Shown here piece after piece: positions 41,253-50,195 of a stretch of 64,000 bases of DNA. A model generated the notes under the pieces. The model made no database searches. It was not told the origin of the DNA and saw only the letters and a program-made list of their open reading frames with translations. The translations under genes and the position numbers were made by a program. Source of the stretch: Patescibacteria group bacterium (lineage in GTDB: Bacteria > Patescibacteriota > Minisyncoccia > Phycocordibacterales > UBA9973); the NCBI GenBank assembly GCA_040384805.1, contig JAZKIP010000008.1:100749-164748 (forward strand), written 5' to 3'. Each line of letters opens with the position of its first letter. Position 1 is the first letter of the stretch.

Positions 41253-41834
41253 ATGAAAAAAGAAAGAATTCATGAAGCTTTAATTGAACAGCTTAGGAAA
41301 GTGCCGATTTTGCAAGTTGCATGCGAGAAATTAAATGTTTCCAGAAATACGGTCTATACATGGAGGAAACAAGATAAAGAATTTCGTATTGCGATGGATA
41401 AAGCCTTTGCTGAAGGTGATGCGCTTGTTAATGATATGGCTGAAAGTCAGATGATAAGTCTTATGAGAAAAGGAAGCTATCCTGCGAATGCTTTTTGGCT
41501 TCGCGCACGACACCCGAAGTTTAAGAAAGACAATTCCGTTCATATAAAAGTTGCGCCAACAAAAAAATATATTCTTCCTATTACCACCACGGAAGCTTTC
41601 GACAAAGTCAGGCTCAGTAAGCTGCCGAAACAACTCCGTAAGAAAGTCATAAGAAAGGAAATGAAGCTCAGCGATGCTATGGGTGAGGTTTTCGACAAGA
41701 TCCATGAAGAAATGGGGATGGAAATGCCGAAGGATCTTAGAAAAATAAGCTTACCCTTAGGTAGCGTTCTCAAAACAATCTTAGAAGAAGATCAGGATCC
41801 TCATGAAGACGAGAACGGAATCGAAAGATTTTAA
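41253..41834 (+). CDS. phBC6A51-like HTH protein (terminase-small-subunit-like)
   Basis: ACEKLNVSRNTVYTWRKQDKEF...DMAESQ......FWL. Confidence 0.7.
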   Translation: MKKERIHEALIEQLRKVPILQVACEKLNVSRNTVYTWRKQDKEFRIAMDKAFAEGDALVNDMAESQMISLMRKGSYPANAFWLRARHPKFKKDNSVHIKVAPTKKYILPITTTEAFDKVRLSKLPKQLRKKVIRKEMKLSDAMGEVFDKIHEEMGMEMPKDLRKISLPLGSVLKTILEEDQDPHEDENGIERF

Positions 41835-42637
41835 AAAGAAATCTTAAACTCTTCCTTAACGAATTCTAAAGTCTTCTGTTGATCCTGAAGCGATGCCTTC
41901 ACAAGCTGCGTGGTGAAGAGGCCTGTCTTGGCTTTCCATTTGGCATCCTTCGCATCAACCGCTTCGATCCATTGGATGCTGATGAGGTAATCGCAGTTGT
42001 CATTGTCGCTGTTTCGGAAGAGACCAGTCGATTTCAGAGGGAGATCCCGGAGAGATTTCCCGTTGTATCGGAATTCTTCAACCGGGACAGCCTTCCCTGT
42101 CACCCTTCCAACGCCGACATACCCGTGATTCTTGAGATATGCCACAACGATATCGTCCTTGTTAAGCGTCCTGATCTGATCGCTCCACTTCTTGTCCTGT
42201 CCTGCGGCCAGGAAGCCGTATCTCTTGCAGTCTTCCCAGAGACGGTTAGATGTGCGGTCTTGGCCGACATTGACGTAGTAGATGTCGTTTTTAAAGTCAA
42301 AGCCCGGGAGATCGTCGCGATAGAGGCTGTAGTGAGGCCTGAACTTCTTGGCGAAGTGGCCCGAGGATTTGTTGGTCAGAGTCCTGCCGAGTTTCCAGAT
42401 GAGGGTTTTCTCGATGAGGAAAGCTTCCCTCTCCGTGAGGTCTTTGGCGATAACCCGAATGATGGGCTGAAGTCCGAGTTTCTGGATGGCTTTGATCCGT
42501 TGCGACTTCTCCGAATCGCTGTCGTCTTTGAGATGAGCGTTCTTGCGATTGCCCTTCCCTTTGCCGTAGTAGAAATCCTCGAAGTTGCGGGGATCTATAT
42601 AGACGTAGACGTAATAGTCTTCATTCACGTTCTTCAT
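41831..42637 (-). CDS. GIY-YIG (LEM-3-like) nuclease with C-terminal domain
   Basis: YYVYVYIDPR...FYYGKGKGNR...EAFLIE..LI...LTN. Confidence 0.85.
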   Translation of the reverse strand: MKNVNEDYYVYVYIDPRNFEDFYYGKGKGNRKNAHLKDDSDSEKSQRIKAIQKLGLQPIIRVIAKDLTEREAFLIEKTLIWKLGRTLTNKSSGHFAKKFRPHYSLYRDDLPGFDFKNDIYYVNVGQDRTSNRLWEDCKRYGFLAAGQDKKWSDQIRTLNKDDIVVAYLKNHGYVGVGRVTGKAVPVEEFRYNGKSLRDLPLKSTGLFRNSDNDNCDYLISIQWIEAVDAKDAKWKAKTGLFTTQLVKASLQDQQKTLEFVKEEFKISF

Positions 42638-42644
42638 ACATCAT

Positions 42645-42926
42645 CTATGAATTTGAAGAAGGATCTTTCTTTGCGCCGTAATAATGGAAGCACAGGAGTA
42701 TCACTCCGAGGAAAGCGGCTCCGAATCCGAGATTGATTCCGTTTTGTCGGTCGCTCATAAGGCCGAGGTTGTTCACTCGTCCGCTTCCGATTATCTCCCC
42801 CATGAACTCCCGCTGAGGAACGGCAACCGAGGTGTCGAAGAAGAGTAGGAAATAGATACCTGTTGCTAATCCAAACAGAAGAAGAACAATACCTGTTCCC
42901 CACAAAAACGTAACGTCTTTATTCAT
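42645..42926 (-). CDS. Small two-TM protein
   Basis: DTSV...VNNLGLM..RQN motif. Confidence 0.65.
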   Translation of the reverse strand: MNKDVTFLWGTGIVLLLFGLATGIYFLLFFDTSVAVPQREFMGEIIGSGRVNNLGLMSDRQNGINLGFGAAFLGVILLCFHYYGAKKDPSSNS

Positions 42927-43253
42927 GCAAAATTCTTTTGCGTTTAGGAGTAATTACCGGTGATGAGACGCAAAAAGCCCACCACAGGTAGAGACCGAGG
43001 CCTCTCATATCCGTTTCCAGATACGGCGGATCACGCAACCCTGTGATGGGTTTTTTAAGCATGATCCGACTTTTGACCATATCCTTAGAAATTCCAAGGG
43101 GTTAGGTCGCTATTAAATTGTATCTACATAATACGATATTTTATCGTATTACTCTACCCTATCGCAGATCACTTTATTTGTTAAGGTAGTTACCAACATG
43201 TTGCCAACAGTTCATGTCTTAGCAAAAGGCTCTTTCTCTGTCATTAATTAAAT

Positions 43254-44573
43254 ATGGAAACACAATATATAAATAATCTTGGTGTTAAAACCGAAGTACC
43301 ACGCATAAAGGTTAAGTACGTTCTGTATGCTCGTAAATCAACAGAATCGGATGAGAAGCAAGCTCTATCAATTGAATCGCAAGTAAAAGAGATGCTCACT
43401 ATCGCCGATCGTGACAGTCTTGAAATTGTAGACATTAGGAGAGAATCACACTCGGCCAAAGAGTCTGGACAGAGACCAGTATTTAAAGAATTACTTGATG
43501 ATGTTCGTAGAGGTAGATATACAGGAATACTTACATGGGCACCTGATAGATTGAGCAGAAATGCAGGTGACCTCGGATCTGTCGTGGACCTTATGGATGA
43601 GAATAAGTTAATAGAGATTAGAACATACGGGCAACACTTTAAGAATTCACCCAATGAGAAATTCCTTTTAATGATTCTTTGTAGTCAAGCAAAACTTGAG
43701 AATGATAATAAAAGTATCAATGTGAAGCGAGGACTACGAACAAGATGTGAAATGGGATTAAGACCCGGCCCTGCTCTTTTCGGATATTTTAATGTAAAAC
43801 ATGCAGACAAGAAATGTCAGGTAATTCTTGATCCTGAACGAGCACATATCGCTAAGAAAATGTTTGAGAAAGTAGCCTACGAGAAATGGAGCGGTCGAAA
43901 GATATATCACTGGCTAAAATTTGATCTCAATTTAAAGACAAGGAACGGAAACAAAGGTTTAACTCTAGGAAATATTTATCTTATTCTCCAGAGTCCTTTC
44001 TATTACGGAGTCTTCGAGTATCCCCACAAAAGCGGAAACTTCTATAAAGGTAGACATGAACCTCTAATTACTAAGGAGTTATTTGACCAAGTACAACTAC
44101 AAGTTAAAAGCCAAGTTATTCGATCTGAAAGTAAAGAATTCGCCTTCACTAAATTAATGATATGTGGTCTATGCGATTCTGGTATATGTGCAGATGAGAA
44201 GTTTAAAAAACTTAAGAACGGAGGTGTAAATCGATATGTTTACTATGGATGTACTAAATCGAAAGATAAGAATTGTAAAGGAGGTTATATTGAAGAAAAA
44301 GAACTTATTAAACAATTTGAAGATTTGATTGAGATTATCAGTATTGATGAGATTGGAATAAAAGAAAGGATTAGAACCGAAGTTGAGAGAATAAAAAAAT
44401 TTAATAGTATGCTACTGGGAGTAAAAGATCAAGTCTGCGTAGAAGATATCGACATTAAAAACTACGCAAAGTATTTACTTCGAGAAGGAAAGGATATTGA
44501 AAAACGAGAATTATTGTCTTGCTTTAAAAGTAAGATAGAATTAAAAAATAAAGCTATTATTCTTATAAATTAG
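43254..44573 (+). CDS. Large serine recombinase (resolvase, recombinase and Zn-ribbon domains)
   Basis: YARKS catalytic motif, SAK.SG.RP.F, DRLSRN, G.HEPLI..ELF, CGLC...YY.C. Confidence 0.93.
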   Translation: METQYINNLGVKTEVPRIKVKYVLYARKSTESDEKQALSIESQVKEMLTIADRDSLEIVDIRRESHSAKESGQRPVFKELLDDVRRGRYTGILTWAPDRLSRNAGDLGSVVDLMDENKLIEIRTYGQHFKNSPNEKFLLMILCSQAKLENDNKSINVKRGLRTRCEMGLRPGPALFGYFNVKHADKKCQVILDPERAHIAKKMFEKVAYEKWSGRKIYHWLKFDLNLKTRNGNKGLTLGNIYLILQSPFYYGVFEYPHKSGNFYKGRHEPLITKELFDQVQLQVKSQVIRSESKEFAFTKLMICGLCDSGICADEKFKKLKNGGVNRYVYYGCTKSKDKNCKGGYIEEKELIKQFEDLIEIISIDEIGIKERIRTEVERIKKFNSMLLGVKDQVCVEDIDIKNYAKYLLREGKDIEKRELLSCFKSKIELKNKAIILIN

Positions 44574-45348
44574 TCATTTCAACTTCTAGTAAGTTTAGAT
44601 TGTCAGCAATATCTTGATAACTATTAATACCAGTAATTAAGCGAATTTCATCTATGTATCGTGTTGTTAAACGAATATGAAAAATTGTAGCAATCATAAG
44701 TGCTTGGCGTAGATAGAAATTGCTCGCAACATCAGCTTCTTCTTTGCTCATATAACTTTTAACAATCATTGGACTGACGTGATTTAAACGACAACCCCAT
44801 ATATATGCTTGGCCAATACGAGAAGAATCAAAATCTTTTAAATGACCTGCTTCATGTAGTATCTCCACCATTTTATCTACGGATATTCCTGCCCAACTAT
44901 GTCGACTTTTTGCATCAGGACTAAGAGTATTATAATTTTTCTCAGCATCTTCGACATCGAGATTTAAATCATCATTTTGGTCGGCTGGGTTTTGTCCTAT
45001 GGATTTTAAGAATTCAATCTCATCATGAATTTCCTTAAATAAATGATTTTGGAACTGCACTGCCATTTTATCTTTTCCTTTCCAAAGCATATATTCAACA
45101 GAAATTCCGTATTCAATAATTTTTCTTGTTAAATCCAAACAACTAGAACCCGTGTCATCGTTGTTTGAAAGATAATAGATATCTCTCAGTGTTCCAAACG
45201 AAACTCTATAAATACCAAGGAGTACGTTTACAAAATTAGCATTCGATGGCGAACTAGCTCCAGCAAGTGGCTCAGTAACTTTTAGAGTCTTTTCAAGAAT
45301 ACCTTTTAATTTTTGTTCCATATTGTTAGTCAAAAATTCTTTTATCAC
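44563..45348 (-). CDS. DUF5677-like protein
   Basis: R.IIE, W.G.SV..M, Y...C...H pattern. Confidence 0.6.
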   Translation of the reverse strand: MIKEFLTNNMEQKLKGILEKTLKVTEPLAGASSPSNANFVNVLLGIYRVSFGTLRDIYYLSNNDDTGSSCLDLTRKIIEYGISVEYMLWKGKDKMAVQFQNHLFKEIHDEIEFLKSIGQNPADQNDDLNLDVEDAEKNYNTLSPDAKSRHSWAGISVDKMVEILHEAGHLKDFDSSRIGQAYIWGCRLNHVSPMIVKSYMSKEEADVASNFYLRQALMIATIFHIRLTTRYIDEIRLITGINSYQDIADNLNLLEVEMTNL

Positions 45349-46609
45349 TATTTAACACTTCAGGCGGAAACTTTTTCCACTTTCCTTTTGTGGTAGAAAC
45401 CATATGTCTTAATATCATAGTGTCGCCAGCATCAGAATCAAAGGTATCAGAAGAATCGATGGGTTTACCTTCTTTAACAAATTTTTTAATTTCTTCAGAT
45501 ACTGCTTTTTCTGCTTCAGGATTAATTTTATCTGTGCCATCGAATTTTCTAATATGATCCTTTATGTTTCTCCAGGATTCTGACATATATTTATCCCATA
45601 ATTGAGTCGTTAAAAATGATAGATCATCGGGTGGGCATGGTGCAAATACTACTGATCCTCTATTTTTAACTTCATCAGGTAATGTTTCGTAATGAGAATC
45701 TAATTTAGAAAAATCACTTTTCAAATCTGTACCTGAAATGAATGTTTGATCAGTGCGCATAAAAATAGGTGCGAGTGCTATATGTATCTTATCACTCGAG
45801 GTGAATATATTACAAAATGGAAGATAATATAAGTATGCAATATCAACCTTATGCGTTGCAGGATGACGAAACGCTTCAAAAAGCTTAGCTGCAGTTCCCA
45901 TATAATAGAACAGATCAATAGAAAGAACATATGAAAAGTAAGGTGCGTATTCTCTTATAGGCTTACATCCGTCTTTTTCCCATTCCTTTAAAATTTTTTC
46001 TTGTGCTGTTGGTAAAAGTCCCATTTGCGACATCCACGCAACAAATGGTGCTTTTTCTTTAATCATATCAACTATTCCATCAACTTTTTCTTTTAGTTCT
46101 TGGAAAGTTTTCGGCTTACCTACCAGATCGAACATCTTTTGGAAACCTTCGTAGTTTTCTTCTTTCATCTCTGATAATTCTTGCCGCCATTCTTTAGCCT
46201 CATTTCTTTCTATTTCTAAAAATTGTTTTTTCTCCCAACGATGAGCAGCTTCCACTTCGGGAGGTTCTTGAAATATTACTCCTGTTTTACCACCAAGCTC
46301 AACATATTCTCCGTAAGAAATTACTGGTCTACCTGACATTTCAATTTTAGCTTTATTCATAAGCTCACTTGCTATTAGACTTCTGTGATGAACATTCACA
46401 CAACCCATATCAGGAGTTTTGTGTGCAATACTACCTACAATATCTTCAGGTGTTCTACCTAAACGAACTTCTTTTTCAAGATCAGCTAGAGTCTCCACAA
46501 AAAATAATGGTGTTATATTTGTGATGAAGAAATTTTCAAGCCACATGGATTCGTCTGCGCTCAATCCTTGTAATGCTGATTTATCAAATATAAGTGTTGG
46601 CCCTGTCAT
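45326..46609 (-). CDS. Conserved hypothetical protein, possibly PIN-like
   Basis: GPTLIFDKS.LQ, PLFFVETLADL, D.AYLYYLPFC..F.S.D. Confidence 0.65.
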   Translation of the reverse strand: MTGPTLIFDKSALQGLSADESMWLENFFITNITPLFFVETLADLEKEVRLGRTPEDIVGSIAHKTPDMGCVNVHHRSLIASELMNKAKIEMSGRPVISYGEYVELGGKTGVIFQEPPEVEAAHRWEKKQFLEIERNEAKEWRQELSEMKEENYEGFQKMFDLVGKPKTFQELKEKVDGIVDMIKEKAPFVAWMSQMGLLPTAQEKILKEWEKDGCKPIREYAPYFSYVLSIDLFYYMGTAAKLFEAFRHPATHKVDIAYLYYLPFCNIFTSSDKIHIALAPIFMRTDQTFISGTDLKSDFSKLDSHYETLPDEVKNRGSVVFAPCPPDDLSFLTTQLWDKYMSESWRNIKDHIRKFDGTDKINPEAEKAVSEEIKKFVKEGKPIDSSDTFDSDAGDTMILRHMVSTTKGKWKKFPPEVLNSDKRIFD

Positions 46610-46694
46610 AAACCTATTTTAACACTTATGATTAAGTTAAACTAAAAACACCTTAATTAGGTGCTTTTAGTTTTAGATATAGTTTAGATATTTA

Positions 46695-46913
46695 TTATTT
46701 GAGATTCTTGCGAGCCTGTTTCATAATCTTTTCTCGACCCTCGCTTGGATCTACTTTCGTTGCAGCAGCAATAAGAGCTTCTTTCACTGCTTGTTTCTTC
46801 TCATCAGGAAACTCTTTCTGTAGTTGCTTTACCGCATAATCAACTTCATATTTTTCTTTAAAGCTAATTAGATAACTATCTGGTTTACCAGTTTTCTTTT
46901 TATTGTCTGCCAT
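46695..46913 (-). CDS. DUF3606-like small protein
   Basis: MADNK...G.PD...I...E.YEV.Y. Confidence 0.65.
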   Translation of the reverse strand: MADNKKKTGKPDSYLISFKEKYEVDYAVKQLQKEFPDEKKQAVKEALIAAATKVDPSEGREKIMKQARKNLK

Positions 46914-46991
46914 AATTTCTATATTATACCACAGAACTAAAGCTAGTTTCTAAACGACGTATCTCGAGCGCGATAACTGCGCTCTTGTTTG

Positions 46992-47062
46992 CTGCCGGTC
47001 AGGGACTCGAACCCCAATACCATCCTCCAGAGGGATGTGTCCTACCATTAGACGAACCGGCA
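46992..47062 (-). tRNA. trnQ: tRNA-Gln(CTG)
   Basis: Acceptor stem TGCCGGT/ACCGGCA; anticodon arm CATCC-CT-CTG-GA-GGATG; T loop TTCGAGT. Confidence 0.95.
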
Positions 47063-47141
47063 ATATAACTCCGATATAGTACCATAAAATAGAGTTAAAA
47101 CAACCTGAAATAGTAAAAGCCGTAAAAATTAATTTACGGCT

Positions 47142-47531
47142 TTAAGAACTTTCGATAATTTCACCCTTTTTTAGGATCGATACAGCATAATCAGAAAAAT
47201 CAAATTTAATATTTTTTCCCCTAATAGAATATGAATATGAGCTGTTAATATTCTTAATAATCTTATGCCTTCCTTGGATGATAAAACTTTGGGGCTTTTT
47301 TTTTGAGTATGAAGGAGAGATATCCTGAACTTTTCCATTATACAATGTTACTTCTTTAAGAAAGCCGAATTGGGGGTTAAAATTAAAACGCTGGGAATAT
47401 ATCTCAGCAGATATAAGAATATCTTTTAAGTCAGTACGTTCATCTACGGGAAGAGATGTAATACATAGCCTAGAATTAATATAATCAATATCATAAAAAA
47501 TAAATCCATAGAATTTTTCTTTGATTTCCAT
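47142..47531 (-). CDS. Hypothetical protein (orphan, AT-rich)
   Basis: ORF between a minus-strand TTGACA (47590-47595) and a hairpin at ~47116-47143. Confidence 0.55.
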   Translation of the reverse strand: MEIKEKFYGFIFYDIDYINSRLCITSLPVDERTDLKDILISAEIYSQRFNFNPQFGFLKEVTLYNGKVQDISPSYSKKKPQSFIIQGRHKIIKNINSSYSYSIRGKNIKFDFSDYAVSILKKGEIIESS

Positions 47532-47671
47532 AGGTTTGGGTTTAGATTTAAAAAGTGGTTTCCATTCATATTACAATTTTTCAATCAATTGTCAATAGAA
47601 GACGGGAACAGAGGTAGTCTGCGGCATTTTGATGTTTGGAACACAGGCTTTTGTAAGGTACAATGTATGTC

Positions 47672-48400
47672 ATGATAAATTCACCTATATCATTCAGACC
47701 AAAACACCTGACCATCGACGACATCAGAGAGGGATGCATCACTCTGTATGGAGAAAATAATGAAGAGACGAAAATTTGCATGATGCAGGAGGAGATGCGG
47801 CAAGGAATCGATGTGATCACCGACTTCACTCCTTCTGTTACTTTTTACGGCTCGGCCCGTCTGCCGGAAGATCACCCTGCATATATTCAGGCGCGATCTC
47901 TCGCCTACCGGATATCGAAGGAGCTCGGCTACACTGTTTTGTCAGGAGGCGGGCCGGGAGTGATGGAAGCGGCAAACCGCGGAGCGTTCGAGGCGGGCGG
48001 AAAATCCGTCGGCCTTACCATTAAACTCCCCCATGAGCAATTCACCAATAAATACGTCACCGAAGAGTTGCCGTTTTATTTCTTCTTTTCGCGCCAAGTG
48101 TCGATGTCGTACGCGACCGAAGTCTGTATCTTTTGCCCGGGGGGATTCGGAACATTCGACGAGCTTTTCGAGATGCTGACGCTCCAACAGACAGGCAAGA
48201 TCGGAAGAATCCCCGTCATCCTTCTCGGAGTAGAGTTCTGGATGCCGTTTCAGAGACTGATCGAGGAGATCCTCGTTGAAAAATACAAGACGGTGAGCCC
48301 ATCGGATCTTCATCTGTACACCATTACCGATGACGAGGACGAGATCCTCAGGATCATCTCCGAGTCGCGTCTGCGTGATGGAAAAGACGCATTAAGTTAA
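47672..48400 (+). CDS. LOG family protein (TIGR00730)
   Basis: YGSAR, GGGPGVMEAANRGA, LPHEQ..N.Y, PGGFGTFDELFE. Confidence 0.92.
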   Translation: MINSPISFRPKHLTIDDIREGCITLYGENNEETKICMMQEEMRQGIDVITDFTPSVTFYGSARLPEDHPAYIQARSLAYRISKELGYTVLSGGGPGVMEAANRGAFEAGGKSVGLTIKLPHEQFTNKYVTEELPFYFFFSRQVSMSYATEVCIFCPGGFGTFDELFEMLTLQQTGKIGRIPVILLGVEFWMPFQRLIEEILVEKYKTVSPSDLHLYTITDDEDEILRIISESRLRDGKDALS

Positions 48401-48416
48401 ATTAAGATAATTAGGA

Positions 48417-48452
48417 AATAATAAAACCCGCCGTACGGCGGGTTTTATTATT
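48417..48452. terminator. Bidirectional terminator
   Basis: AATAATAAAACCCGCCGT/ACGGCGGGTTTTATTATT palindrome between convergent genes. Confidence 0.8.
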
Positions 48453-50133
48453 TCTTTTTTGTTTTTAGGCATGCCTTGATGAAGGCAGTGAAGAGTTTGT
48501 GCGGAGCAAGCGGCCGCGCTTTGAATTCGGGGTGGAATTGAGTACCAAGGAAGAATGGGTGCTTGGATTGCGGCAATTCCGCTATCTCGCAGAGATTGCC
48601 GTCGGGCGATTTGCCCGAGAATACGAGTCCCGCTTTCTCAAGAGCTGCGACATATGCATTGTTGACCTCGTAGCGATGACGATGGCGCTCGGAAACTTCG
48701 GACGCGCCGTATGCTTTCTCGGCAACGCTTCCCTTTTTAAGAACTGCTGTATACGCGCCCAATCGCATGCTTCCGCCCAATTTCTTCGTTGCGATCTTCT
48801 CCTTTTGGTCTTCCATAATATCGATGACGACATTCTTGACATTAGGATTGACTTCGCGGGTATTGGCGTCAGAGAGCTTGAGCATATTGCGAGCGTATTC
48901 GATGACCATGAGCTGCATGCCGTAGCAGAGGCCGAAGTACGGAATATTGTTCTTGCGGGCATACTCGATCGCCTTTAGTTTGCCTTCGACTCCGCGGGAT
49001 CCGAAACCACCCGGGATAATGATACCGTCGTATCCTTTGAGAATCTTGATCTGTTTGGGATCGCGTTCGAAATCAACCGATGACATCCATGTGAGAACCG
49101 GCTTGCCACCTTGGGCGTACGCCGAATATTTGATCGCTTCGATGACAGAAAGGTAGGAGTCCGACAATGTGAAGTCTCCCGTATTGAAATACTTGCCGAT
49201 GACGGCGATACGCACTTCCTTTTTCGACGCATGAACCGAGTCCGCAAATGCCTTCCATTTGCGGGAACCTGCGTTGTCAGAGGGTCCGCATGTCATGCCG
49301 ACAACGTCGCAGATCATATCCCCCAGGCCTTCCTTCTCGAAATTAAGAGGAATGTCATAAATACTGTCAACATCAGGAGCTGAAATGATATGATCGGCGG
49401 GAATATTGCAAAACATCGAGAGCTTCTCCTTGCGGCGGTCATCAAGTGCCTGCTTGCTGCGGGCAATGATGATATCCGGCTGGATGCCTGAGCCGTTGAG
49501 CGTCCGGACCGCATACTGCGTGGGTTTCGTCTTCATTTCCCCCACCTTCGACGGTATTGGAAGATATGAGACCATGACGAAAAAGACATTCTTGGTATGC
49601 TTGATTTTCATCATGCGGGCGGCTTCTAAGAAAAGCATGTTCTGGTACTCGCCGACCGTGCCGCCGATCTCGATAACGACGACATTAGCCTTTGCATTGT
49701 CGCGGGCGACTTCGATGCGGCGGATAACTTCAAGCGGGATGTGGGGCACCACTTCGACGCACTTGCCGGCGTATTCAAGATTGCGCTCGCGCTCGATGAC
49801 CGTCTGATAGACGCGGCCTGTCGTCATGTAGTTGATACGGGAAAGATTGATATCGAGGAACCGCTCGTAGTTGCCCATGTCCTGATCTGTCTCGTCGCCG
49901 TCGTCAAGAACGAATACCTCTCCGTGCTCGGTCGGATTCATGGTTCCTGCATCGATATTGATATAGGGATCAATTTTGATCGCGGTAACACGCTGTCCGC
50001 GGTCGCTTAGGATGCGGGCGATCGACGAGGCGGCAACGCCTTTCCCCACCCCCGAGATCACTCCGCCGACGACGAAAATATACTTGCATGATTGGGGATT
50101 ACTATCGCTTACGGCTTCCTTTTTCTTTCTCAT
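48448..50133 (-). CDS. pyrG: CTP synthase
   Basis: GGVISGVGKG, KIDPYINIDAGTMNP.EHGEVF, KTKPTQ, GLCYGMQ, ERHRHRYE, QFHPEF. Confidence 0.98.
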   Translation of the reverse strand: MRKKKEAVSDSNPQSCKYIFVVGGVISGVGKGVAASSIARILSDRGQRVTAIKIDPYINIDAGTMNPTEHGEVFVLDDGDETDQDMGNYERFLDINLSRINYMTTGRVYQTVIERERNLEYAGKCVEVVPHIPLEVIRRIEVARDNAKANVVVIEIGGTVGEYQNMLFLEAARMMKIKHTKNVFFVMVSYLPIPSKVGEMKTKPTQYAVRTLNGSGIQPDIIIARSKQALDDRRKEKLSMFCNIPADHIISAPDVDSIYDIPLNFEKEGLGDMICDVVGMTCGPSDNAGSRKWKAFADSVHASKKEVRIAVIGKYFNTGDFTLSDSYLSVIEAIKYSAYAQGGKPVLTWMSSVDFERDPKQIKILKGYDGIIIPGGFGSRGVEGKLKAIEYARKNNIPYFGLCYGMQLMVIEYARNMLKLSDANTREVNPNVKNVVIDIMEDQKEKIATKKLGGSMRLGAYTAVLKKGSVAEKAYGASEVSERHRHRYEVNNAYVAALEKAGLVFSGKSPDGNLCEIAELPQSKHPFFLGTQFHPEFKARPLAPHKLFTAFIKACLKTKKK

Positions 50134-50195
50134 GATGATCGGCGTGAATTTTTATTGAATAAATAATCGTTGCGTGAATACATAAAGGTGAGAAC

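Larger units (their letters stand above)
36681..46913. mobile_element. Integrative island next to tRNA-Gln (large serine recombinase, ParB-MTase, nucleases); left boundary uncertain
   Basis: Recombinase plus mostly AT-rich cargo directly downstream of the tRNA 3' end; tRNA-3' copies further left (34969, 32857) could mark a larger extent. Confidence 0.65.

Noticed and set aside
41879-42736. 285-aa + strand ORF
   Set aside because: Antisense shadow of the GIY-YIG gene.
36681-46913. Complete prophage
   Set aside because: No capsid, portal, tail or large terminase genes.
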